64,000 nucleotides of DNA from Bacteroidales bacterium (GTDB lineage Bacteria > Bacteroidota > Bacteroidia > Bacteroidales > VadinHA17): positions 46,485-110,484 of the forward strand of contig WXFD01000011.1 in assembly GCA_009877105.1 (NCBI GenBank), written 5' to 3'. The position numbers and the translations under genes were made by a program. Below, piece by piece: positions 36,151-46,730 of this stretch. The notes beneath the pieces are model-generated. The model was not told where the DNA came from. It ran no database searches and worked only from the letters and a program-made list of their open reading frames with translations. The first letter of the stretch is position 1; every line of letters starts with the position of its first letter.

Positions 36151-38823
36151 ATGAAAGTATCCGGCAAATTTTCAATTCTGTTTCTGACAGCTTTTCTATG
36201 GCTGACACTACCGGGGCTGAAAGCCCAACAGCTCCGTGATTTCAAATATAACGGTGAGCTTGATGTTAAGGGCAACACTGTCAGTAGCAACACGCAGTTT
36301 AACGGCTATACCAACCATTGGTGGAACGATTACAGGCAGTGGTCGCGTTATGGTAACCTTTACAAGATAAGCATTCCTGATGTTGAAAGGAAAATAGCCC
36401 AGAATAAGATCGACATCGCAGAGGATATTGAATTGCCCGGGTTATGGATGCAGGAAGGCTTCATTGCAGGCTGGCTTGCTTCTGAAGCCAGGGTTCTTGA
36501 CGAACCATCGGTCAGTGACCTTGAGAATGCCCTGGCTGGCGGCAATGTTCTTGTTCTTGCCGATCCGGCTTCTGAAACAGGAAAGATATTAACCGGGAAA
36601 TATACCGGCAATGATACCTGGCGCAAGCTGCTGAAGAGCTATCAGTTCAATGATCCCGGCCTTAAACCGGTCGATGCTTTTATCCTCGAGGGTGGCAGCC
36701 GTAAAATATTTGTCATTTCATCGTCTGACAGGAATTCGAGGATCCGGCTGAAAAATCTCCTTGACAATACGGGAAATGTAATTGCCGGTTATGACATGCA
36801 TAAAGGCTGGTTTGGCGTTGAAACGCTTCTGAAATCAGTTACGATAACACCCGGGCATCCCCTCGAAATTATCGGCAGGGGTATGAATGAGGGGATCAGC
36901 TGGTTTGTTTTTAACGGTTACATGGAATTCCTTGCCCAGGGAGAATATGAATCGTGGATGGCCCGGACAAAGGTTCCGGTAGTAATTGATTACGGTCATC
37001 AGACCATTTTCGGACTGGATAATTATGATGGATTGCAGGTGCAGGATATGCCCACACGGCAATCATGGATCGATTTTGCCCACAAAAAGAATGGTTATGT
37101 GTTCAGGCCTGTTTATGATCCGCAGGCAGAGAATTATAACTATGACGGATACCTGGCCAATGCCGGCAACAAGACTGAAATAGACAAAGGTGCTTTCCCG
37201 TTTGTATCCATGACAGGTGATCTGCTGGGCGATCTGACCAGCAGTATGATCCTTTTCATAAAGAAGGGTGAGAAGCTGACCCGTGAAAATATGTGGGCAG
37301 CGATCATGGGAAAGAATGCAGTATCCGTTCTGAGAGACGGACTTATCATGGGTCCGCCGGTCTGGCGCAGGGCCGTTCAGATGCTGCTGCTCGACAGGAT
37401 TTTCCTCGAAGAATACTACAATGACAGGATCGACCTGCTTGCAACAATGGACGGATATACCCTGAACCTTGATATTTCAAATACCTGTCCGCAGGATATT
37501 ACAGGAAAGGTCGACATACAGCTTCCTGACGGCGTGGTTATGGAAGAAGGCAGTCCGGGCACCATAACGGTTCCGGCAGGGGAAAGCAGGACGGTTAAGG
37601 TGAAAATAAGGCCGGAAGCAGGAGGAATGAATACCCCGAACCCGGTCGTTGCCGGCTTTGACTGGGGAAAGAATAAGAAATACACTATGTGTGTGCTCGA
37701 CATGCCCCCTGCAATATCGGTTCACAGGATCCTTTACGGACATGCTCCTGTTGTCAGCTACCCGGTGACTGTTCACAATTTCAGCAGGGAAAGTTCCTAT
37801 CCGGTGAACATCAGGGTTATCGACAGGAATAAGCCGGGGAAGCCCGTATTTACGGCTTCGCGCAGGGCCACTAACGGAACCGGCACCTTCGCGGAAATCA
37901 ATTTTGACCTGAAAGTTCCTGCAGGGCAATACAACGTTGAAGTCGAAGCGCTTGGTGTCAAAACGGTCAGCCAGCTGGGTGTCGGCAAGGCTGCTGGATC
38001 GTTGAGAGCCTATGCCCTCGACCTGAATGCAGACGGGATTAACGAATACCGCATGGAAAACGACAGTGTCCGTATTACCCTTCTCACCACCGGCGCCAGG
38101 GTTATCGAATATTTTGTAAAGAGCCGCAACGACAATGTGCTTTTCAAACTGTGGCCCGAAAAATCGGGCGACGATAAGCGTCCTAACCGAAGCTGGGGCT
38201 ATTATCCATACGGCGGATTCGAGGATTTCCTGGGGCAGGCCAGCATGGAAACCCACAAGGTATATGATGCCGAGCTCGTGAAAAGCACAGGTGATTATGT
38301 TCAGGTCAAGATGACGGCCGACTATTACGGGAACAAGATTCAGAAGATCTTTACCTTGTACGGCAACTCGCCCCTGCTTGAAGTAAGATATGCCCTTACC
38401 TTCATCAATCCGGAGGCAAACGTGCTGGGCCCGCAGCCAATCCTCGAGATCGGCCGGGTTCACGGTACCGAGGATGTGTTCACTGTTCCGACAATGAACG
38501 GACTCGAGGAATTTCGTATGAGACCGGAGGAATATTACGGGAGAGCCCTGAAAATAAAGGAAGGATGGAATGCCGGATATGATACCTCCGAAAATATCTC
38601 ATTTGTCGGGGCATTCCCGGTCGATCAGCCTATTTTCCTTCATATGTGGATGAACCATCCCATTAACAACGATGCTCATTATTACTATGTTGAATTTCAG
38701 CCATGGCTCCCGATTTTCCAGAGTTCAACGATGTATTTCACATATTACCTCTGGGGGGCAGGCGGTCCATGGCAGTCAGGCGTCAGGGAACTGAGGAACA
38801 GGAATCTGATCACAACAAGGTAG
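36151..38823 (+). CDS. Large secreted hypothetical protein (890 aa)
   Basis: Signal peptide MKVSGKFSILFLTAFLWLTLPGLKAQQ. The C-terminal third (DLNADGINEYRMENDSVRITLLTTGARVIEY..) is reminiscent of beta-sandwich modules found at the ends of some glycoside hydrolases. No confident family call. Confidence 0.6.
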   Translation: MKVSGKFSILFLTAFLWLTLPGLKAQQLRDFKYNGELDVKGNTVSSNTQFNGYTNHWWNDYRQWSRYGNLYKISIPDVERKIAQNKIDIAEDIELPGLWMQEGFIAGWLASEARVLDEPSVSDLENALAGGNVLVLADPASETGKILTGKYTGNDTWRKLLKSYQFNDPGLKPVDAFILEGGSRKIFVISSSDRNSRIRLKNLLDNTGNVIAGYDMHKGWFGVETLLKSVTITPGHPLEIIGRGMNEGISWFVFNGYMEFLAQGEYESWMARTKVPVVIDYGHQTIFGLDNYDGLQVQDMPTRQSWIDFAHKKNGYVFRPVYDPQAENYNYDGYLANAGNKTEIDKGAFPFVSMTGDLLGDLTSSMILFIKKGEKLTRENMWAAIMGKNAVSVLRDGLIMGPPVWRRAVQMLLLDRIFLEEYYNDRIDLLATMDGYTLNLDISNTCPQDITGKVDIQLPDGVVMEEGSPGTITVPAGESRTVKVKIRPEAGGMNTPNPVVAGFDWGKNKKYTMCVLDMPPAISVHRILYGHAPVVSYPVTVHNFSRESSYPVNIRVIDRNKPGKPVFTASRRATNGTGTFAEINFDLKVPAGQYNVEVEALGVKTVSQLGVGKAAGSLRAYALDLNADGINEYRMENDSVRITLLTTGARVIEYFVKSRNDNVLFKLWPEKSGDDKRPNRSWGYYPYGGFEDFLGQASMETHKVYDAELVKSTGDYVQVKMTADYYGNKIQKIFTLYGNSPLLEVRYALTFINPEANVLGPQPILEIGRVHGTEDVFTVPTMNGLEEFRMRPEEYYGRALKIKEGWNAGYDTSENISFVGAFPVDQPIFLHMWMNHPINNDAHYYYVEFQPWLPIFQSSTMYFTYYLWGAGGPWQSGVRELRNRNLITTR

Positions 38824-38941
38824 AATATTAAAATCATGAAACCGGCATGATAGGCCACATTGATTACCGTCACAGGTGTAAAAACCTGATTACCGGTTAT
38901 ATGTGGTTCCATCATACTATAAAAATCAAAATAATATTATA

Positions 38942-40768
38942 ATGAAAAACGTGAATCAAAAGCACAGTTATCTTAAAATCGGATTAGCACTATTGTTTGC
39001 ATTATCGGTAAGTTTGACATCCTTTGCAAAGGATGAACTGAAAATCAACAGCCTTGAACTTAACTATCCATGTCCGGCAATACCTTACTACTACCTGAAA
39101 GCCGACCTGGAGCTTCCGAATCCATCAATCATCGAGGTGGAACTTTCCGTTAACGGTAAGACTCTCCGTTATACAACCCTTCACAAGAAAGGGGAGGAGA
39201 CAGATCTTTCAAAGCCTGTTATAACTCACCGGCCTCCTTCGGGTGCAGGCCTGTCGCAAGATAATATTGTTTACAAGGATCTGGAAGTTATTGGCTGGGT
39301 AAAATGGCAGCCGGCCCAGAGGTATGATGTAAAAGTTACCGTGAGGCTCAAAAAGTCGGCCCAGGGCTCGCCTACCGACCGGTTCATTTCTGCTGTGAAA
39401 AGTGTAACAGCACCGGCAGATGCCAGGGTTTTTGATCCTGCCTGGAAAAATTATAAGTCGGTGGTTCTTACCGAAACCGCGGGGATTGACAGGAAGAATG
39501 AACCAGTTGATGTGCTGCTGGCATTCTATCCCGATGAAGCCACTGATCTGAAGCGGGAGATCAGGGTAATGGCCTTTGATCCGGATTCCCGTGACCTTAA
39601 GGAGGTTCCGTCGCAGGTATACGATTTCCAGAAATACCTGGTTGAGGATGATCTTGCACCGGATGAGAATGGCAGACCAACCAGGGATATGCCGGTATGG
39701 CTTCCGACCGTAACAGCAAAAGTTTCATTCCTGGCTGATGTTCCTGCCCGTTCAAGCAGGATATTTCTGATCTATTATAACAATGAGGAAGCGCTGAGCA
39801 GAGTTTACAGGACGGATCTTGTTGTGCAGGGTGAAGAACCTGGCCTGCAGATAGAAAATGATCTGATCTCCGCAGTACTCCATCCGGCCTCAGGACATCT
39901 CGACCAGTTGTCGCTGAAGAAAAGGGCAGATTTTCCTCTCTATCACCATAAGGAAACAAACGGAGCTATCCACTGGAACCCTGAAATTTACACTCCTCCG
40001 CGGCCATGGACCCACACCTCCGATTGGGATCCGCCGCAGAATGTACATTCACTGTCCGGCCCTGTGATGACAATGACCGAAGTGTGGGGCAACCTGCGGG
40101 ATATCCCCGAGGTTGATGCATCGGTGCGATATGAATTCTTCCCTGGCAAACCTTATTTCATCAGCTCCACGGTGCTCAGGATAAATGAGACCGTGCATAC
40201 AATTGCAGTGAGGAATGCTGAAATGGTGCTGAAGAGGGAACTAATAACCCATGCAGCATGGTATGATGTGATCAGGGATAAGGTAATCAACTTCGATGTG
40301 ACCGATATGCCCGATCTGACCGATCTGATCATGGAAGCCGATGTGCCGTGGATTACGTTTTACAATGAAAAGGAAGGTATCGGTTTCGCCGGCATACAGC
40401 TGAGTTATGCAAATGCCGGGCTTGAATCTGCCCCAAGGCTTCTTAATCCGTTCTTTTATATCACGGGGGGCCCGTGGATTTACTGGGCCAGGGCATTGTC
40501 CCTCAGTTTCCTTTCTTCAAATATGCAGCAGATGATACCTGCAATGAAAGGGAATGTATTTTCGGAGAAATGGGCCTATCTGATCTATGAGACAGATAAA
40601 GGTCCGGAACCGTATGCACCAGTGCTGAAATGGAAAGAAACCCTTACCAACCCATTGAGAATAAGATTGGTGGAGGAAGTTGACGACAGGGTTTCAAAGA
40701 CTGTTACAGAACTTTTTGTAGGTGAAGGCAGGAGCGGCTGGGAAGGGCGCGAGACCAAACGGCATTGA
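38942..40768 (+). CDS. Secreted hypothetical protein (608 aa from the ATG at 38942)
   Basis: Signal peptide MKNVNQKHSYLKIGLALLFALSVSLTSFA. No recognised motifs. Confidence 0.6.
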   Translation: MKNVNQKHSYLKIGLALLFALSVSLTSFAKDELKINSLELNYPCPAIPYYYLKADLELPNPSIIEVELSVNGKTLRYTTLHKKGEETDLSKPVITHRPPSGAGLSQDNIVYKDLEVIGWVKWQPAQRYDVKVTVRLKKSAQGSPTDRFISAVKSVTAPADARVFDPAWKNYKSVVLTETAGIDRKNEPVDVLLAFYPDEATDLKREIRVMAFDPDSRDLKEVPSQVYDFQKYLVEDDLAPDENGRPTRDMPVWLPTVTAKVSFLADVPARSSRIFLIYYNNEEALSRVYRTDLVVQGEEPGLQIENDLISAVLHPASGHLDQLSLKKRADFPLYHHKETNGAIHWNPEIYTPPRPWTHTSDWDPPQNVHSLSGPVMTMTEVWGNLRDIPEVDASVRYEFFPGKPYFISSTVLRINETVHTIAVRNAEMVLKRELITHAAWYDVIRDKVINFDVTDMPDLTDLIMEADVPWITFYNEKEGIGFAGIQLSYANAGLESAPRLLNPFFYITGGPWIYWARALSLSFLSSNMQQMIPAMKGNVFSEKWAYLIYETDKGPEPYAPVLKWKETLTNPLRIRLVEEVDDRVSKTVTELFVGEGRSGWEGRETKRH

Positions 40769-40808
40769 CACTGACCAGAGAAGGGCGGTTAGGCCCGGAA
40801 TTTAATAC

Positions 40809-40861
40809 GACAGGCTGCAGGTGAACGATCGTGAATCATGCTGCGCCTGTCTTTCTTTTTT
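40809..40861 (+). terminator. Probable intrinsic terminator ending the 34989-40768 gene set
   Basis: gacaggc(tgcag)...(ctgc)gcctgtc stem followed by tttctttttt. Confidence 0.55.
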
Positions 40862-40905
40862 CCCTACTCCCGGCAGGCCCTGGTAAAAACAGGGTCGGGA
40901 TGTGA

Positions 40906-41754
40906 TCATGCATACATGAACTGACCTACTTTGGTGAATGTTGACCTCGGATTGACACAGCATACGGGGATCTTTGAACTGTTCGCTATGATGTATTGTT
41001 CTGCAGCCCCCAGCATGTAATCGGCCATGGAAATATTCTTTGTGGTCATGATAACGATAAGATCAGCTTTCAGCATGTCGGCAAATTCAAGTGTACGCTG
41101 TGCGTACTTGCCACGGCTCATTTCATGGATCGCGTAGTCTATATTGTTCTGGATCAGATACCTGATAGCAAAATTCAGGTTTACGTTAATCCTTCTGATC
41201 AGGCTTTTATCGGAGGTGACTGTTTTTAAAAGATGGATTTTCGAATCGAAATATTTTCCCATGAATATGGCCATGCTGAGTTTTTCCTTGTTTTCCAGCC
41301 TGAAATCAATCGGGAAAACAATGTTGCGGTATCTTTCATTATCCGCAGGGGGATTCTGGACGACAATAAACGGGACTTTTGATTTGACTATTACCTTAAG
41401 CGCCCAGCTTCCTGTTAGTTTCTGCATTCCTACTATTCCATGCGTTCCCATCACCACAAGATTGACATTACTGTTTTTGTGGTTGACAAATTCAGCTATT
41501 GAGGTGAAAATGCTTCCCTTTACCACACGGGCAGAAATATTCATGTTATACTTAGCTGAAGCTTCACCGGCCACATGATTCAGCAATGCCTGCTTCTCTC
41601 CTTCTGCCCTGGGTTTGATATCATTGTCAACAACATGTAAAAGGCATATGTCATTATTTACCATCCGGGCGATCCTGACTGAATGTGCAAGTGCATTCTC
41701 AGCAACAGGGGTGAAATCCCAGGGTACAACAATTATTTTCTTTGTTACTTCCAT
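40906..41754 (-). CDS. Universal stress protein, tandem UspA domains
   Basis: KKIIVVPWDFTPVAENALAHSVRIAR..ICLLHVV and LVVMGTHG.., then a second Usp-like half ending PVCCV. The start at 41754 is supported by a -7 box 30 nt upstream. Confidence 0.75.
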   Translation of the reverse strand: MEVTKKIIVVPWDFTPVAENALAHSVRIARMVNNDICLLHVVDNDIKPRAEGEKQALLNHVAGEASAKYNMNISARVVKGSIFTSIAEFVNHKNSNVNLVVMGTHGIVGMQKLTGSWALKVIVKSKVPFIVVQNPPADNERYRNIVFPIDFRLENKEKLSMAIFMGKYFDSKIHLLKTVTSDKSLIRRINVNLNFAIRYLIQNNIDYAIHEMSRGKYAQRTLEFADMLKADLIVIMTTKNISMADYMLGAAEQYIIANSSKIPVCCVNPRSTFTKVGQFMYA

Positions 41755-41783
41755 GATGGTTCTGTTTTTAACATTTTCTAATT

Positions 41784-41791
41784 CAAAGTTA
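41784..41791 (-). promoter_or_regulatory. -7 box (TAacTTTG) for the usp gene
   Basis: The reverse complement of caaagtta. It falls inside the longer ORF-track N-terminal extension, which argues for the shorter start. Confidence 0.45.
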
Positions 41792-42019
41792 TTCAGTTTT
41801 TCGTATTTTTCAAACCGGCGCAACTGCCTGTTTTGCCATCAGGGTGACTTTCCGGTCCTTCTAAATACATAACGGGACCGACGGAATCCGGATTAAAACT
41901 TCCCGCAAACTGATATTTACTGCTCCCGGCCCCTTCTATAACTCCTTTGCAGATCAATTATTATAGTATTTGTGTCAATAATCAGACAGGATCAGGGGAG
42001 GTGCTCTGAAACAATTTAT

Positions 42020-42027
42020 TATTTTTG
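42020..42027 (+). promoter_or_regulatory. -7 box (TAttTTTG) for asnS
   Basis: tatttttg lies 34 nt upstream of the ATG at 42061. It overlaps the TTG 'start' used by the ORF track at 42025. Confidence 0.45.
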
Positions 42028-42060
42028 CGGGGGGAAATCCATATTGGTTTTTTATATCAG

Positions 42061-43452
42061 ATGATGAAACGATCTAAAATAAAGGAACTTTTAAAATCGC
42101 CTCCTTTCGGAAAGGAAGTCCTGGTGAAAGGATGGGTCAGGACAAAAAGAGGAAACAGGAATATTGCCTTCATCGCCCTGAATGACGGATCAACCATAAA
42201 TAACATCCAGATCGTTGTCGATACAGCATCATTTGATGATAACCTGCTTAAGGAAATATCAACCGGAGCATGCATTGCAGTTGAAGGGATGCTTGCCGAG
42301 TCGCCTGGGAAGGGCCAGAATGTTGAGATCCAGGCACGGAAAATAGAGATTTACGGCAAATGCGATGCCGAGACATACCCTTTGCAGAAAAAGGGACATT
42401 CGATGGAGTTCCTAAGGGAAATCGCCCACCTGCGGTTCAGGACCAACACCTTCGGAGCTGTTTTCAGGATCAGGCACGCAATGGCTTTTGCCATACATAA
42501 ATATTTTAACGACAGGGGATTTTATTATCTGCATACCCCGATAATTACCGGAAGCGATTGCGAAGGCGCGGGGGAAATGTTTCATGTTACCACCCTTGAT
42601 CTTAAAAATGTACCCATTGACACGGATGGTGAAATTGATTTTTCAAATGATTTCTTCGGTAAAGAGACCAACCTCACGGTGTCGGGCCAGTTAGAAGGTG
42701 AACTTGGTGCACTTTCGCTGGGAGAGATTTATACCTTCGGCCCGACGTTCAGGGCTGAAAACTCAAATACCCCCCGGCATCTTGCAGAGTTCTGGATGAT
42801 CGAGCCTGAAATGGCCTTTTATGACCTGAATGACAACATGGATCTGGCTGAGGATTTTCTGAAATATCTTATTGCATATGCTCTGGAAAACTGCACCGAG
42901 GATCTGCAATTCCTCAATGATATGATCGACAGGGACCTTCTCGGGCGTCTCAGGTTTGTGCTTGACAATGAATTCGTAAGGATAAATTATACCGAAGCTG
43001 TTAATATTTTAACAACTTCGGGCAGAAAATGGGAATTTCCGGTCGGATTCGGGCGTGACCTCCAGGCTGAACACGAACGTTATCTCGTGGAGACCCATTT
43101 TAAACGACCGGTAATCATTACCGATTATCCGAAGGAAATAAAGGCCTTTTACATGAAGCAGAATGATGACGGCAGGACGGTGAGGGCCATGGACGTCCTT
43201 TTCCCCGGGATAGGAGAGATTATTGGCGGATCACAGAGGGAGGAGGATTATGATAAGTTGAAAAACAGGATAACCGAGTTGAAGCTGCCGGAAAAGGACC
43301 TGTGGTGGTACCTCGATACAAGAAAGTTCGGGACAGCTCCCCACAGTGGATTCGGATTGGGCTTTGAACGAATGATCCTGTTCATGACAGGTATGTCGAA
43401 CATCAGGGACGTGATACCCTTTCCCAGAACACCCAAAAACGCTGAGTTTTAA
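42061..43452 (+). CDS. asnS: Asparagine--tRNA ligase
   Basis: Class II motifs, including [25 protein letters not shown] and [10 protein letters not shown]. Confidence 0.92.
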   Translation: MMKRSKIKELLKSPPFGKEVLVKGWVRTKRGNRNIAFIALNDGSTINNIQIVVDTASFDDNLLKEISTGACIAVEGMLAESPGKGQNVEIQARKIEIYGKCDAETYPLQKKGHSMEFLREIAHLRFRTNTFGAVFRIRHAMAFAIHKYFNDRGFYYLHTPIITGSDCEGAGEMFHVTTLDLKNVPIDTDGEIDFSNDFFGKETNLTVSGQLEGELGALSLGEIYTFGPTFRAENSNTPRHLAEFWMIEPEMAFYDLNDNMDLAEDFLKYLIAYALENCTEDLQFLNDMIDRDLLGRLRFVLDNEFVRINYTEAVNILTTSGRKWEFPVGFGRDLQAEHERYLVETHFKRPVIITDYPKEIKAFYMKQNDDGRTVRAMDVLFPGIGEIIGGSQREEDYDKLKNRITELKLPEKDLWWYLDTRKFGTAPHSGFGLGFERMILFMTGMSNIRDVIPFPRTPKNAEF

Positions 43453-43488
43453 TCACTGTCCTGATGGTTACAAACTAAAATTCAGGGG

Positions 43489-44952
43489 ATGTTAAAGCAG
43501 AAATTACAGCAGAAACTGCTTCAGAAGCTTTCACCGCAGCAGATACAGATGATTAAGCTGCTTGAGATCCCTACATTGCAGATTGAACAGCGGATAAAGA
43601 AAGAACTGGAGGAAAACCCGGCCCTGGAAGAGGGACCGGAAGAGGAGGAAGATATAATTCCCGGCGAAGATCATGAAGATCAGTATGATGAGAATGATGA
43701 GAATGATCATGATGAATTCACGCTCGATGATTATATTGAAGAGGATGATATTCCCGAATACCGGCTCCAGACAAGCAATTACAGCCCCGATGAGGAAAAA
43801 AAGGCAGAAATACCCTTCTCTGTGGGATCCTCGTTCCATGAACATCTTGAATCGCAGTTTAACCTGAGGGATCTGACGGAAAAGCAAAAAATCCTTGGAG
43901 AATACATTATCGGAAATATTGATGAAGATGGTTATCTCCGCCGGGAAACCGAGAACATCGTCGATGATCTTGCCTTTCTTCAGAATATCACCACAAACGA
44001 AAAGGAACTTGAAGAAGTATTGGAGATAATCCAGGATCTTGACCCCCCGGGCGTAGGAGCAAGAACGTTGAGAGAATGCCTGCTGATCCAGCTGGCAATC
44101 AAGGACAGGTCCCAGGCTTCTATTAAACTGGCTTACACGATTATTGACCAGTACTTTGAAGAGTTCTCCAAAAGGCATTATGACAAAATAACTGCAAAGC
44201 TTGGAATAACGGAAGACGAACTCAGGAATGCCATCGAGGAAATACTGAAGCTGAATCCCAAACCCGGCAGCATGTACAGTGATTCCTTGTCGAAAACATC
44301 ACACCAGATTATCCCTGATTTTATCCTCGATCTTACTGAGGATGGATTCGATCTGCAGCTTAATTCCCGTAACCTGCCGGAACTGCGCCTGAGTCCTGCA
44401 TATAATGAGATGCTTCAGTCATACATGAAGAACAGGAATCAAAAAAAGGACATGAAGGAGGCAGTGATGTTCGTAAAACAAAAAATTGATTCTGCCCGCT
44501 GGTTCATTGATGCAATCAGGCAAAGGCAGAATACCCTCCTGCTCACCATGAACGCCATTCTGGGATACCAACAGGAATACTTTGTCGAGGGGGACGAAAC
44601 AAAACTCCGGCCCATGATCCTTAAAGATATTGCAGAGATGACCGGGCTTGACATCTCCACTGTATCCCGGGTTGCCAACAGCAAATACATTCAGACCCAT
44701 TTCGGGATCCTGCCCCTGAAGTATTTCTTCTCCGAGGGGCTGCAAACTGACAGCGGCGAGGAAGTATCAACCAGGGAGATAAAACGGATCCTGCAGGACT
44801 GTGTGGAAAATGAAGAGAAAAGAAGGCCCCTTACTGATGAAAGGCTGACCGAGATCCTGCAGGAAAAAGGGTACCAGATTGCACGCAGGACCGTGGCCAA
44901 GTACAGGGAGCAGCTTAATATTCCTGTGGCACGGTTAAGGAGGGAGATTTAG
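43489..44952 (+). CDS. rpoN: RNA polymerase sigma-54 factor
   Basis: Gln/Leu-rich region I (MLKQKLQQKLLQKLSPQQIQMIKLLE), an acidic region II, and the C-terminal RpoN box ARRTVAKYREQL. Confidence 0.93.
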   Translation: MLKQKLQQKLLQKLSPQQIQMIKLLEIPTLQIEQRIKKELEENPALEEGPEEEEDIIPGEDHEDQYDENDENDHDEFTLDDYIEEDDIPEYRLQTSNYSPDEEKKAEIPFSVGSSFHEHLESQFNLRDLTEKQKILGEYIIGNIDEDGYLRRETENIVDDLAFLQNITTNEKELEEVLEIIQDLDPPGVGARTLRECLLIQLAIKDRSQASIKLAYTIIDQYFEEFSKRHYDKITAKLGITEDELRNAIEEILKLNPKPGSMYSDSLSKTSHQIIPDFILDLTEDGFDLQLNSRNLPELRLSPAYNEMLQSYMKNRNQKKDMKEAVMFVKQKIDSARWFIDAIRQRQNTLLLTMNAILGYQQEYFVEGDETKLRPMILKDIAEMTGLDISTVSRVANSKYIQTHFGILPLKYFFSEGLQTDSGEEVSTREIKRILQDCVENEEKRRPLTDERLTEILQEKGYQIARRTVAKYREQLNIPVARLRREI

Positions 44953-45005
44953 ACAGGATACAAAAGGAACAGATTTAAGCAGGAAACAATTTTTGAATAT
45001 CGCTT

Positions 45006-45641
45006 ATGGAGCCCGGAAAAAACTCATCCTTCTTAACCTCACTGGCGAACTTCATTTCAATTGTATTCCATCCCCTGCTGATGCCCCTGTACGGCCTGAT
45101 TATCATTTTTACGGCGCCTACCCTTCTGGGCTATATGCCCGTTGAGCTGAAGAAGGTGCTTTTTATGGTGGTCCTCATTAATAATGTCTTTATCCCGCTG
45201 ATCCTTTTCCCGTTGTTCAGGAGCAGAAACATTATAAGCTCCTACACGATCGAAGCAAGGAAGGAAAGGGCCATTCCACTGATCATGATGTCAGTACTGT
45301 ACTCTGTCACCTCATTCATTATTTTCAGGCATCAGATTCCTGTGTTCCTGAAGTCATTTGTTTTCAGTTCGACTTTTCTTGTTATCCTGTTGACGCTTAT
45401 CAATTTCTGGTGGAAGATATCAATACATGCAATGGCGGCCGGAGCATTGAATGCCGTTGTTATAATCCTGTCAGTAAAGCTGATATCACCGCTTGTCTGG
45501 TATCTGATTGCAACTGTACTGATAGCTGGCCTTGTAATGTCTGCGAGGCTGAAGCTCAATTCCCACAATCCCGCACAGGTCTGGTCGGGTTTTTTTACCG
45601 GGTTTGCCGGTTTAAGTTTCTTTTTAATGCTTCTGGTCTAG
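45006..45641 (+). CDS. Polytopic inner-membrane protein, unknown function (211 aa)
   Basis: About six hydrophobic segments. No catalytic motifs recognised. Confidence 0.55.
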   Translation: MEPGKNSSFLTSLANFISIVFHPLLMPLYGLIIIFTAPTLLGYMPVELKKVLFMVVLINNVFIPLILFPLFRSRNIISSYTIEARKERAIPLIMMSVLYSVTSFIIFRHQIPVFLKSFVFSSTFLVILLTLINFWWKISIHAMAAGALNAVVIILSVKLISPLVWYLIATVLIAGLVMSARLKLNSHNPAQVWSGFFTGFAGLSFFLMLLV

Positions 45642-46730
45642 GAGCTCCTTCAGGGCCTCATCCAGCAGCCGCCTGCTTTCATCTGCTATTGCTTCTGCAG
45701 GAAGATCCTTGCAGGGAGGCAGGACCAATCCGCTTCCGAGATGTTTCTGGGCAATCGTGGCAAACCAGCCCCTTTCCGACAGGTATCTTGCGAGATATTC
45801 CTGTTCAGTCTGTCCCGGGGTTGGAATAAGCAGGGCAGTCCTGTTAAGGCTTACCAGTTCCATGATTGTTGAATAACCCGAACGTGCAATTATATAATCG
45901 CTTTCCAGCAACAGCCTGCGGAATTCCATGGAGGGAAGGTGATGGAAGGAACGTATGTTGCCGGAAACAGCTACATCGTGGGGATGGCCCGGCCTGCCTT
46001 CGAGAATGGTGAGTTCCATGTCGCCGTTCCTGAAAAGATCAGTTATTTTCTGCTTAAGTATTTTCCTTTGCGGTTCAGGCCCCGACAGGACAAGGACAAT
46101 CCGGTTACCCGGCTGGGATTCCTTTCTGCCCGGACCTGCCGGCGGAGAAAACCGTGAAAGTATACCAATGAAGCGGGTATTCGAGGGAAGTTCCAGTCCG
46201 TGGGACAACCTTCCTGAAACATTGAGCTCTCCCGGGACATCGGGTATGAAGCAAAGGGAAAATTTTTTAATGATGAAGCGGTGAAGAAAAATGCCGAAGG
46301 GTTCAAGTATTTTCAGCCTGCCTGGGAACGGTATCCGGTGCATGTGTGAAATGTAAACGGTTTTTATGTCCCGGTGCCACAGGCCAAACCTGTTATCGCT
46401 GATTACAATGTCAATCCCGTGTTTTATGATTATCTTCCTGAGGCGCCTGTGCTCGGTTATTATATGGAAGATAAGTACAGGCAGTTTAAACAGCAGGATG
46501 AGGTATTGAGGCAGGTAATCCGAATATGCCGGCTTGAAACCCTTGAACTCTATCAGCATGGCGCCGGGCACTTCTTCCCTGAAAAGTGCAAGATGCTCAC
46601 GCCCCGCCCCGATAAGGATCTCATTGTTCATCTGCTGAAGCTTCAGTGCCAGCGGGATCATGCGTCCTGCATGACCAAGACCCCATTCAAGCGGACAGAT
46701 TAATATCTTTCTGGGAGCTTTCAAGATCAA
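45624..46730 (-). CDS. Glycosyltransferase, MurG/GT28-GT1-like fold (368 aa), TTG start
   Basis: N-terminal ILICPLEWGLGHAGRMIPLA Gly-rich loop and C-terminal ..ARSGYSTIMELV..PTPGQTEQ donor-binding-like region. The start is TTG (reverse complement of caa at 46728-46730) and overlaps the upstream stop (TTGA). Confidence 0.65.
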   Translation of the reverse strand: MILKAPRKILICPLEWGLGHAGRMIPLALKLQQMNNEILIGAGREHLALFREEVPGAMLIEFKGFKPAYSDYLPQYLILLFKLPVLIFHIITEHRRLRKIIIKHGIDIVISDNRFGLWHRDIKTVYISHMHRIPFPGRLKILEPFGIFLHRFIIKKFSLCFIPDVPGELNVSGRLSHGLELPSNTRFIGILSRFSPPAGPGRKESQPGNRIVLVLSGPEPQRKILKQKITDLFRNGDMELTILEGRPGHPHDVAVSGNIRSFHHLPSMEFRRLLLESDYIIARSGYSTIMELVSLNRTALLIPTPGQTEQEYLARYLSERGWFATIAQKHLGSGLVLPPCKDLPAEAIADESRRLLDEALKELLDQKH

